Positions 10,501 through 17,078 of a stretch of DNA of 40,419 nucleotides are shown piece after piece. This DNA comes from a virus. The stretch lies in the IMG/VR virus record IMGVR_UViG_3300048080_000240, positions 1 through 40,419 of that record, one strand, 5' to 3'. The notes under the pieces were generated by a model. That model saw nothing but the letters and a program-made list of their open reading frames with translations, was not told where the DNA came from and ran no database searches. Each line of letters starts with the position of its first letter. The stretch's first letter is position 1. The translations under genes were made by a program, and so were the position numbers.

Positions 10501-12124
10501 CGCCTACCGCGTCGATGCGCGGAAGCTCGATCTCGCGCGGATGGACCCTCGCTTCGGGGTCTACTTCCCCCGCGGTCGCTTGCAGTTCTTCCCCGCGCGT
10601 GTCATCCCGGCGGCGAAACTCGAGCGCCAGATGGCCGAGCAAACGTTCGACGAGCTCGCCGGCGGGAAGCTCTTGGTGCAGGTGAAGCCGGGCGACGTGA
10701 AGACCATGATCGGGGTCACGAAGCGGGTCGAGGCCGTCGTTATGGCGCGCGAAGTGGCCGATGTCCTGAATCGTGCCAACGCCCTCTACTCGCGCCCCGA
10801 AGGGCTCAAGGCGATCCAGCGGGTCCTGATCGGCGCCAGAAACACTTGGGCGCGCTGGACCCTCTTCCCGTTCCCCGCGACCCACGTGCGAAACGGCGCC
10901 GGGAACGTCGTCAACAATCTTTTCCGGGGGCTCACCGATCCGCTCCGCTACGAGCAGATGGCTCGCGTGCAAACGAACCAAGCCCTCGAGCTCGTGACCG
11001 AGGCGGGCCAGGCGTTGACGACTCCCACGCTTCGGAGCGAGATGCTCCAGAACGGTGTCGTGGACGCGGGCTTCTGGTCGCACGCCGGCGGTGGGCGAGA
11101 GAACCAGCTTGACGAGGCCATCCGCACCGGGTTCGGCTCGAAGACGGGCTGGCGGGCCAGTTGGGACAAGTACGGCACTCCGGGCTTCATGCGGGCGGCG
11201 ATGCGGACGATGGGCTTGGTCGAGAACAACGCCCGGGGTGCCCTCTACATCGACCGGCGGGTGAAGGGCGACACGCCCGAGCTCGCGGCGCGGCTGGTGC
11301 GGGACACGCTCTTCGACTACGACAACATGGTGCCCTTCGACCAGTTCACCCGCAACTACATCGCGCCCTTCTGGGGTTGGACCCGTCGCAACATCCCCTT
11401 CCAGGTCGAGCACCTCTTGAAGCGGCCGGGCTACTTCGCGACGACCGAGCGGCTGATCCGGCTCATCCAGGCTTCGAGCGACCCCGATGTCGAGGCGCTG
11501 CCACAGTGGGTGCATGAGTCGCTGCCCGTCCGGCTCTTCGAGACCCCAGATAAGCGGGGCGAGTTCCGCTACTTCCTGCTCCGCAACTGGCTCCCGTCGG
11601 CCGATCTCCAGCAGCTCTTCACGCCCGTCACTTCCTCGATCTCGATGCTGGCGCCTTGGCTCCGGCTGCCGATCGAGCGGTACTACAACTGGTCCCACTT
11701 CTTCCGCCGGCCGATCGAGCCACCGAGCGGCCAGTGGGGCACGTTCCTCGGGATGGAGATGCGGCGGAAGGACATCGAGGTCTTGAAGGCGATCCGGCTC
11801 CTCGCTGCGATCGACACGGTGATGGGACCAGGAGACAACGTGCGCCGGGACTCCTACCTGGAAGAGAACCCGTGGGGCCGGTTCCTCCAGAGCCCGTTCG
11901 GAATCGGCAAGCTGACGCGCGTGGATCTCTACCGCGAGTACCAGAAGGCGGGGGCACAGCACGAGCGGCTCTTGCGCGAGCTAAGGATTGCCCAGAAACG
12001 CGCCATGAAGTACGGTGACGAGGTGAACGCTCGCCACCTGGCGGAGCGGATCCGGGATGAAGCGGCGCGCCGTCCGACGGAGACGCGCGCTCTGCCGCCC
12101 CAGGTGTTCATCGGAGAGCCGTGA
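7583..12124 (+). CDS. Giant virion protein (1513 aa), probably an internal/DNA-ejection protein
   Basis: GTG start 3 nt after the upstream stop; the single longest gene. Composition is normal (K, I, F, Y, N present), unlike the mirror antisense ORF. Size and position resemble the large internal proteins of podoviruses. I recognised no catalytic motif. Confidence 0.5.
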   Translation: MPTAAEELAAWHAELTRGEEPAPVAAPRRERGRGIRGIAVAGFERTLDALARSEYASASAFRELLHEKPEEAAKAALEGFTAKRKISYLDIAAEDFKLSTKPFFAIPDMPYVPDFIEHIARGVLTPAGVTGLALGMVLDPLSWLGVGLITKAGRLSQLSRAATTAKRAFPIAEAGKLVFPKGSIIQRGSALARELEREFARTGKIPEPLASTLGGQAATGQRALLQIAEPVIPFTRLQGRPILQIPVPGERAVFEAATKLRDLIRVRAPQVDAALRLFSNFGVPAWVLDDLARLKAEFGIRDEVLVKRLQTIGRHIGREEPGYEGRLEKVIRAVETTEPITEERLRTITRSVPLEHRVFGTARFATSAIDEATGKRVFLPDQNELQEIRRRLGLAPEAKIVRIEDLGSQSVLSPRFPISAKFSEGVWSTRVIEDLKESGDFLALEFRAGEGLAFNPEWGEGIDRVLVDLDLAGRPEAIQAQIRELAERVPKMTTEERAAAEPILEGLARERDRARLGGPSKWRVVLMGRNPQTGAHEARKVIHVQTMDEIYRDVIGPLTVNRRPEEFFGRAVFFDSEAIERIKDEAKRQHRYKKLYAARARMAGRVEEAIEARKPEIIQERAQEFQALEAFMAKIRALGGINIAGTGVVSPVPWAGLDEAYMTYAKRIGRPAESIIRPGGLKIANEDVRRQLAEATGYKPGEAAALTGETAAAEVDAAATYYAAEARRWLKETPWAEARRNLLEADNPDLLKLERYDQALVGLGLREPPVGRPGVLFRRGTALERQRRKELQEFAKGPPVEVPTERPLEVGRITPRPGYQEIRQIAAEVEEIERWREVLPRFSNLPDDLRRAAVGLEKLYAEYATELLPLGGIQARIPGYLHHLRFDALERLKGVAGFVRLSRSTPIQIRKPGFGRRRTMREGLLDINEQMGKEFFLRDVLTAAAIYGRESNRFIATANFVDRTIAKMIDDGSAYRVDARKLDLARMDPRFGVYFPRGRLQFFPARVIPAAKLERQMAEQTFDELAGGKLLVQVKPGDVKTMIGVTKRVEAVVMAREVADVLNRANALYSRPEGLKAIQRVLIGARNTWARWTLFPFPATHVRNGAGNVVNNLFRGLTDPLRYEQMARVQTNQALELVTEAGQALTTPTLRSEMLQNGVVDAGFWSHAGGGRENQLDEAIRTGFGSKTGWRASWDKYGTPGFMRAAMRTMGLVENNARGALYIDRRVKGDTPELAARLVRDTLFDYDNMVPFDQFTRNYIAPFWGWTRRNIPFQVEHLLKRPGYFATTERLIRLIQASSDPDVEALPQWVHESLPVRLFETPDKRGEFRYFLLRNWLPSADLQQLFTPVTSSISMLAPWLRLPIERYYNWSHFFRRPIEPPSGQWGTFLGMEMRRKDIEVLKAIRLLAAIDTVMGPGDNVRRDSYLEENPWGRFLQSPFGIGKLTRVDLYREYQKAGAQHERLLRELRIAQKRAMKYGDEVNARHLAERIRDEAARRPTETRALPPQVFIGEP

Positions 12125-12408
12125 TGCTGCGTGAGGAGTTCCTCGAGGCGGCCTACTCGATTGCCGAGGAGCATGGGGGCTCGATCACGTCTGGCCTGCG
12201 GTCCAAGTTGCGGAATCGCGTCGTCGGCGGGCACTCGCGGAGCCGACACCTGACCGGCTTTGCGGTGGACGTGGTGCTCGACGAGATGAGTGCAGAAGCG
12301 AAGCGGAAGTTTCAGGACGCCTTGATCGCGGCCGGGCTTCTGGGACTCGACGAAGGGGACCACATCCATGTTCAGCCCGTAGGGCCGTGGGGGAGGCCAC
12401 CGGGATGA
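12121..12408 (+). CDS. Endolysin, zinc peptidase M15 family (VanY / D-Ala-D-Ala carboxypeptidase-like), minimal 95 aa
   Basis: ITSGLRSKLRNRVVGGHSRSRHLTGFAVDV ... DEGDHIHVQP matches the SxHxxGxAxD plus HxH zinc-ligand pattern of M15 peptidases. The start (GTG 12121 or ATG 12124) overlaps the giant gene's stop. Confidence 0.8.
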   Translation: MMLREEFLEAAYSIAEEHGGSITSGLRSKLRNRVVGGHSRSRHLTGFAVDVVLDEMSAEAKRKFQDALIAAGLLGLDEGDHIHVQPVGPWGRPPG

Positions 12409-12629
12409 TTGTTAACGGCTGGCTCCGGCCCTTGCTCATCTTCGCCGTCGTACTGATCGGCTGTCTTCTCGCGATCGGGTGGCAGCAAGAGAAGCGAGTC
12501 AAGGGTGTTTGGCTGCCGCGATTCACTCACATCGACTCGGCGTTGCTGACAGTCCGCAATCTGGCGGTTGTCGTCGATACACATGAGGTGCGGATCCAGA
12601 GGCTTGAGGATGCCGTATTCTCACCGTGA
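12405..12629 (+). CDS. Lysis-cassette membrane protein (spanin- or holin-like; lipobox-like LIGC)
   Basis: ATGA overlap with the endolysin stop; GGGGGAGG lies 8 nt upstream. MIVNGWLRPLLIFAVVLIGCLLAIGW gives one N-terminal hydrophobic segment, followed by a helical tail. The track ORF starts earlier, at GTG 12387. Confidence 0.55.
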   Translation: MIVNGWLRPLLIFAVVLIGCLLAIGWQQEKRVKGVWLPRFTHIDSALLTVRNLAVVVDTHEVRIQRLEDAVFSP

Positions 12630-12641
12630 AGGGGTAAGGGT

Positions 12642-12872
12642 GTGGTCGCAGATCGTTGGGTGGAACGAACCGTTGCGGGCTTGGCGCTGGCCGGACTCGC
12701 TGCGTGGTGTCTTAAGATGGACAGCGAGGTCGTCTTGCTCAAAGTGAAGCTCGCAGAGTTAAGCGCCGGGACGAAAGGAGATTTGGCGCTTCTCACTGAG
12801 CGGATCGAGACCTCGAATCGAACGCTCTTCCGCATCGAAGAGCATCAACTGAACGTCCAGCGCGGCCGGTAA
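12642..12872 (+). CDS. Lysis-cassette membrane protein with coiled coil (i-spanin-like)
   Basis: GTG start with GAAGGGG upstream. TVAGLALAGLAAWCL is a TM segment, followed by the heptad-like KVKLAELSAGTKGDLALLTERIE. Confidence 0.5.
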   Translation: MVADRWVERTVAGLALAGLAAWCLKMDSEVVLLKVKLAELSAGTKGDLALLTERIETSNRTLFRIEEHQLNVQRGR

Positions 12873-12892
12873 CTGAAAGGAGCTTAAGTCAC

Positions 12893-13084
12893 ATGGAAAA
12901 GCCTTGGTGGAAATCACGGAGCGTGTGGGCAGCAGCATTGTTCTTCGGAAAGTCGCTGCTCGGGGATCTCGGCGTTCCGATGCCGCCAGTTCTGGATGCG
13001 ATCCTGAACACCGTGAGTGGGGTTCTCGGAGCCGTCGGGGTCCGGGGCTTCGTGCTCGGCGCTGGCACTGGCAAGTCCGTCTAA
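12893..13084 (+). CDS. Holin-like small membrane protein (63 aa)
   Basis: Two hydrophobic stretches (SVWAAALFFGKSLLG, VSGVLGAVGVRGFVLGAG). Small size and position beside the endolysin. Confidence 0.45.
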   Translation: MEKPWWKSRSVWAAALFFGKSLLGDLGVPMPPVLDAILNTVSGVLGAVGVRGFVLGAGTGKSV

Positions 13085-13099
13085 CAAAGGAGGCACGAA

Positions 13100-13459
13100 A
13101 TGAATGGCATGAAAGTGCTTTTCGTTCTCTCCGCGCTTCTGACTCTTCTGGGCACTGCATCAGCAACCACCCAAATAGTCTACTATGCAGCAGATGATCT
13201 AGTGGAGCTGCCTGGGACACCATTCTGGATTCATCTGGCAGAAACCTATCACGTCGATCCTAGTTTGCAAAATCCATGCGGTTCGTGCACTACGGACAAG
13301 CCCGCTTGGCAGTGGTTCACGGATCGGACCAGCGGGAGTGGTTGTGGAAATGGTTTTGCCGAACTCCGCGAACTGTACGCTTGCGAGGATGCCATTCCTC
13401 AGTGGTTCAAGGTCGTTACCATTAGCGGCAACTGCTGGACCATCGAATCCTGTCCTTGA
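13100..13459 (+). CDS. Secreted cysteine-rich protein (moron)
   Basis: Signal peptide MNGMKVLFVLSALLTLLGTASA; 7 Cys in the mature part. Clearly lower G+C and different codon usage than neighbouring genes. Strong RBS caaaggaggcacgaa directly before the ATG. Confidence 0.75.
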   Translation: MNGMKVLFVLSALLTLLGTASATTQIVYYAADDLVELPGTPFWIHLAETYHVDPSLQNPCGSCTTDKPAWQWFTDRTSGSGCGNGFAELRELYACEDAIPQWFKVVTISGNCWTIESCP

Positions 13460-13483
13460 TTCTCTAGCCAAAGGAGGCACGAA

Positions 13484-14002
13484 GTGAAGTCCATGTTCGT
13501 AGCGATCTCTCTACTTTTCCTCGCCACCGCCGCCGGCGCGACGGAGATCGCGCCCTACGGGGCGCTGACGCTGGATCGTCTCTCCGGCCCCGACGAATGG
13601 TCCACGGGGTTCGAGGTCGGAGCCGAGATCACCGAAGAACCCGTGGCGCTGGTCGCGAGCCTCACAAACCACGACATCCTGTCCGAGTCCGAAGCCTACC
13701 CCTGGTCCACGACGTTCCGACTCGGGGCGGGCGTCTACGATTCGGGCCATTCGATCCTCGGCGTGGATGTCACGCCCTTCGGGTTGGTCACTCTGAGCCG
13801 GGTCTCGGGTCCCGACCAGTGGTCCACCGGGCTCTCGATCGGACTCAAGTTCGACTTCAAGCCGATCTGGCTCCGCCTCGCCCACGACCGCCACGACATC
13901 CTCACCTCCGACAAGAGCGAAGCCTACTCCTGGGATTCGACGACGAGCCTGGCCGCGGGGATCTCCTTCGGCAAGAAAGAGGGTGGCAAGAAGGACGGAT
14001 AG
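13484..14002 (+). CDS. Secreted outer-membrane beta-barrel-like protein with internal duplication (Lom/Ail/OmpX-like moron)
   Basis: Signal peptide MKSMFVAISLLFLATAAGA. Alternating-residue strands; two homologous halves (YGALTLDRLSGPDEWSTG... / FGLVTLSRVSGPDQWSTG...). Near-C-terminal SLAAGISF. Same 15-nt RBS context as the preceding gene. Confidence 0.55.
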   Translation: MKSMFVAISLLFLATAAGATEIAPYGALTLDRLSGPDEWSTGFEVGAEITEEPVALVASLTNHDILSESEAYPWSTTFRLGAGVYDSGHSILGVDVTPFGLVTLSRVSGPDQWSTGLSIGLKFDFKPIWLRLAHDRHDILTSDKSEAYSWDSTTSLAAGISFGKKEGGKKDG

Positions 14003-14059
14003 GGAGTAAGATCCGGCCGCGGGGCAGGGGATTTGTCCGCTTTCCCACCTGCCCCCGAG

Positions 14060-14107
14060 AGCGCCCTCTCCATGCTGCTAGAATCCACGGAGGGGGCGCT
14101 TCTTTTT
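14060..14107 (+). terminator. Rho-independent terminator ending the long rightward (late + moron) block
   Basis: 12-bp stem 14060..14071 / 14089..14100 (agcgccctctcc ... ggagggggcgct, one G-U pair), 17-nt loop, then TCTTTTT. Confidence 0.75.
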
Positions 14108-14111
14108 GGCC

Positions 14112-14141
14112 TTGACTTTCGCAAGCCGCTTGCTTTAGGAT
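14112..14141 (+). promoter_or_regulatory. Candidate sigma70-type promoter TTGACT-N17/18-T(T)AGGAT with a 13-bp palindromic operator in the spacer
   Basis: TTGACT at 14112..14117; TAGGAT at 14136..14141; perfect palindrome GCAAGC-c-GCTTGC at 14121..14133. The ATG of the HTH gene lies 6 nt after the -10-like hexamer. Caveat: AGGA within that hexamer could instead be the RBS. Confidence 0.45.
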
Positions 14142-14147
14142 GATGCC

Positions 14148-14480
14148 ATGCGCCACCCCAAGCTCTCCGATCTCTATGATGTGAACGTGGTTACGGACTT
14201 CGGGCGCCGCCTCAAGATGGCCCTGGCCGCGAAGGGCTGGACCCAGGAGACCCTGGCGACGCTTGCCGGGCTCCGGCGGCAGACGATCTCCTGCTCGATG
14301 CGGGTGAGCTCGCCGAAGCCGGAGACGGTTGAGCGCTATGCCGCCATCCTCAGGATCGCGCCCGAAAGGCTCGACCCGTCCTATACGCGGCGGAAGGCGG
14401 TGGAGGTGAAACGTCGGGCGAGGAAGCGGCGGTTGGCCGAGGCGACGGCGGCGGCCCTGGGGAAGAAGGGGGATGGATGA
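14148..14480 (+). CDS. XRE/Cro-CI family helix-turn-helix regulator
   Basis: GWTQETLATLAGLRRQTISCSM is a typical HTH_3 motif. It is the first gene after the terminator/promoter region and has a basic C-terminal tail. Confidence 0.75.
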   Translation: MRHPKLSDLYDVNVVTDFGRRLKMALAAKGWTQETLATLAGLRRQTISCSMRVSSPKPETVERYAAILRIAPERLDPSYTRRKAVEVKRRARKRRLAEATAAALGKKGDG

Positions 14481-15532
14481 TCCAGGCGGGTTCGCTCGTC
14501 AACGCCTTCCTCGACGGCTGGCGCCTGTGCAACGTCCTTGAGGTCCGGTCGCCTGATGCGCTCGTCGAGTCATTGAACGGCCGCGACAGGCCGCGGCGCT
14601 GGGTGCCGATCGCGAAACTAGAGGAGTTACCGATGGGAAACGACGAAAAGACCGTGGTTCACGATTCGGTGACGGGCGAAGTGCTTGAGGAGACGCTGCC
14701 CGAGAAGGCACTTCTGCCGCTGATCCCATCTGTTCGGCTCGGAGTCGTGTCCGCCAACAGCGCCGGTGAGTTCGTGAAGGCTGCCGCCAGCGTGGCGACT
14801 GTGCTCGCCGAGATCATCGACACGAAGAACCTGTGGAAGTCGATCAGCGGCAAGCGCCATGTCATGGTCGAGGGCTGGACGACCTGCGCCGCGATGATGG
14901 GATGCTTGCCGCGCGAGGTCTCGAACGAAGGCCGGGACGGCATCTACACCGCGGTGGTCGAGCTGGTGCGGATCACCGATGGCGCCGTCCTCACTCGTGC
15001 GTCGGCCGAGTGCGGCGAGGATCCGCCCTGGAACAAGCGGGCGCTCTATGCTCGGCGGTCGATGGCGGCGACCAGGGCCACGTCCAAGGCATGCCGGCTC
15101 GCGTTCTCGTGGGTGATGGTGCTTGCGGGGTACGAAGCCACCCCGGGCGATGAGATGCCACCCGACGACGATCAGCCGCCCCCGGCGAAGCCAGAGCCGC
15201 AGAGCGGCAAAGCAACGGTGGCGCCGCACGTTTCCTACCAAGTCGAGCAGGATCAGCCCCCCACGATTGACCAACTCAAGCGGCTGCGCGCCCTCTGCGA
15301 CAAAATCGGGATCCAGTTCGAGAAGTCCGGGCAGGAGGTCTGGATCCAGTTCCCGCCCGCCGTGTTCACCGCGGCCTGGGGTATGAAGGAGGCCCCGGCC
15401 GAGAACGCGCGTCTCAAGTGCGTGTACGATGGCGGGAAGATGCCGGAGTTGACAGCTCAGCGGCTCGAGCAGGCGCTCCGCTTCCTTGAGACCGCGAGCC
15501 CAGAGCACTTGGCGGAAGGAGTGCCTTTCTGA
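14477..15532 (+). CDS. Candidate single-strand annealing / recombination protein (Erf/Rad52-like) with N-terminal extension
   Basis: ATGA overlap with the HTH gene. The core (GKRHVMVEGWTT...TRASAECGED...YARRSMAATRATSKACRLAFSWVMVLAGYEATPGDEMP) resembles the conserved core of Erf/Rad52-type phage annealases as I recall it. An internal ATG at 14633 has GAGGAG 6 nt upstream. Confidence 0.4.
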   Translation: MIQAGSLVNAFLDGWRLCNVLEVRSPDALVESLNGRDRPRRWVPIAKLEELPMGNDEKTVVHDSVTGEVLEETLPEKALLPLIPSVRLGVVSANSAGEFVKAAASVATVLAEIIDTKNLWKSISGKRHVMVEGWTTCAAMMGCLPREVSNEGRDGIYTAVVELVRITDGAVLTRASAECGEDPPWNKRALYARRSMAATRATSKACRLAFSWVMVLAGYEATPGDEMPPDDDQPPPAKPEPQSGKATVAPHVSYQVEQDQPPTIDQLKRLRALCDKIGIQFEKSGQEVWIQFPPAVFTAAWGMKEAPAENARLKCVYDGGKMPELTAQRLEQALRFLETASPEHLAEGVPF

Positions 15533-16413
15533 TGATCCGAAGATTCTTCATCGCGGCCCTGGTCTTCCTCGGGGTGTTCCTGATCGCTCACGCTACCGGC
15601 CCTTGGATCGCCCGAGCGATGGCGCATCCCGTCGAGCAAGCACTCGATGAGGTCGTCAACGCGCGGGTCTACGCGGTGCTGGATTCGCTCGGGCTCCTGA
15701 ACCTGCCGAGCCCGCCAGATCCGCCCCCGCCCCCGCCTCCTCCCCCGACCGAGCCGCCACCGCCGACACCCTCGGGCGAGCTCGAGGGGGGCTCGGCGCT
15801 CTCGGGAGCTTGGGCTGGCTGGCGCGGCCGGCACCCGATGGGCGAGAAGTTCGCCTCGGGGCCTGGCGGCGAGATGGTGATGGGCTCGAACACGCTCGCG
15901 GTCCGGGACATCTCGGTGGGGGCGCGCGGGTTCGTTGAGTTCGACGTACGCTACGAGACCGACACGCACCCCTGCTGCGGCGGCCAGCACCTTTTCTCGG
16001 TCACAAGCCAGACGGCTTGCCAGGGCGGCCCCTGCATCCCTGCCCTCGGCTGCCCCGAGGATCCCCTCTGCGGCTGGGTGCGGATGGACCATGGCGTCCG
16101 CACGGGTGAGATCGTCTCGACCCTCTACAACCCGGGGAGCGCCCGAAACGGCGCCACGCACACGCTCGTCGCTTGGAAACAGTGGGCACACGTGCGGCAA
16201 GAGTGGGACCAGACAGCCGGACGGCTCGTCGAGACGGTGAACGGGAAGCGGAGCGAGTGGACGTTGCCGCTGGATTCGCACCGCACCGGGCGCTTGCTGG
16301 TCTTCGGCAACATGGACCGCTACCCCGAGGGGGAGCCCCGCTGTGGCGGGCCTGGCCCCTGCGGGACCACGGGCAAGGTCTGGTACAAGAACCTGCGGTT
16401 CGGTCCCAGGTAA
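15532..16413 (+). CDS. Membrane-anchored protein: N-terminal TM, polyproline linker, concanavalin-A/LamG-like domain
   Basis: TGATG overlap. FFIAALVFLGVFLIAHA is the TM segment and PSPPDPPPPPPPPPTEPPPPTP the linker. AWKQWAHVRQEWDQTAGRLVETVNGKR plus the terminal KVWYKNLRF resemble LamG_3-type lectin folds. Confidence 0.55.
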   Translation: MIRRFFIAALVFLGVFLIAHATGPWIARAMAHPVEQALDEVVNARVYAVLDSLGLLNLPSPPDPPPPPPPPPTEPPPPTPSGELEGGSALSGAWAGWRGRHPMGEKFASGPGGEMVMGSNTLAVRDISVGARGFVEFDVRYETDTHPCCGGQHLFSVTSQTACQGGPCIPALGCPEDPLCGWVRMDHGVRTGEIVSTLYNPGSARNGATHTLVAWKQWAHVRQEWDQTAGRLVETVNGKRSEWTLPLDSHRTGRLLVFGNMDRYPEGEPRCGGPGPCGTTGKVWYKNLRFGPR

Positions 16414-16427
16414 GGAGGAGAGGTCAC

Positions 16428-17078
16428 ATGTCCGTACTGCCGCGTGAAATCGACATCCGAACGGCCGAGGTCTTCCCCATGAAGGGGCCGATCGCCCTTG
16501 CGGCTCTCCACCTGGAGCAAGTCGAGGAGCGGGAAGACCAGGGCGGCTACTCGGTGAGCGAGGCCCAGGTCCAGGAGGAGCTCGATCGGATCTTCGGGCC
16601 GGATAACGCCCGGGGAGCCGAGTACATCTCGCAGCTCGTCCTCTGGATGAGGAACACGGAGGAAGCGGCCGAGATCCAGGGGGCGCTCGCGAAGCCGCAC
16701 CAGGAGGAGGCCGACCGCCATATCCAGCGCTCGAAGGCGCTCGGGCGGCGGGTGGAGTGGCTCCGGGGCCGGCTCGCGATTCTCGTCGCGGGACAGGGCG
16801 GCCGCTTCTCGGACGGGATCCACAAGGTGCACACCCGCACCCACGCCAAGGCGCAGCTCCTCGGGGTGTGCTCCCGCCACGAGGGCGAGCATCACGAGCA
16901 TGAAACCTGCGGCTCGACGTTCAAGCCGGCGGACGACCTGCCGGCCGCCTTCGCCCGCCTCAAGATCGAGCCCGACCGCAAGGCGATCACGGACGAGCTG
17001 CTACGCCTCGAGGGCGAGGGGAAGGCGATGCCGCGGTGGGCGCAGCTTGTCCGCAAGATCGTGGCTGTCGTGCGATGA
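16428..17078 (+). CDS. Gp157 / Gam-like coiled-coil protein
   Basis: ATG 16428 has AAGGAGGAG upstream (the track ORF begins earlier, inside the previous gene). A central coiled coil is followed by a C-terminal KIEPDRKAITDELLRLEGEGKAMPRWAQLV, which resembles the Siphovirus Gp157 family tail. Confidence 0.45.
   Translation: MSVLPREIDIRTAEVFPMKGPIALAALHLEQVEEREDQGGYSVSEAQVQEELDRIFGPDNARGAEYISQLVLWMRNTEEAAEIQGALAKPHQEEADRHIQRSKALGRRVEWLRGRLAILVAGQGGRFSDGIHKVHTRTHAKAQLLGVCSRHEGEHHEHETCGSTFKPADDLPAAFARLKIEPDRKAITDELLRLEGEGKAMPRWAQLVRKIVAVVR

Noticed and set aside
7469-11962. A 1497-aa ORF on the minus strand, almost exactly mirroring the 1513-aa plus-strand gene
   Set aside because: Its translation is dominated by Arg, Leu, Pro, Gly, Asp and Glu, with few Lys, Ile, Asn, Tyr or Phe residues, and it has no RBS. 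This is the pattern of a shadow ORF in GC-rich DNA, where sense codons whose complements are stops (TTA, CTA, TCA) are avoided. The plus-strand product has normal protein composition and fits the operon.
12387-12404. GTG 12387 as the start of the first lysis membrane protein (as in the ORF track)
   Set aside because: ATG 12405 forms an ATGA overlap with the endolysin stop and has GGGGGAGG about 8 nt upstream. The extra six residues (MGEATG) would be encoded inside the endolysin 3' end and have no RBS.
14021-14055. A second hairpin (GGGGCAGG ... CCTGCCCC) upstream of the terminator at 14060..14107
   Set aside because: It has only an 8-bp stem, a 19-nt loop and no U tract. The adjacent 12-bp stem with TCTTTTT is the convincing terminator.
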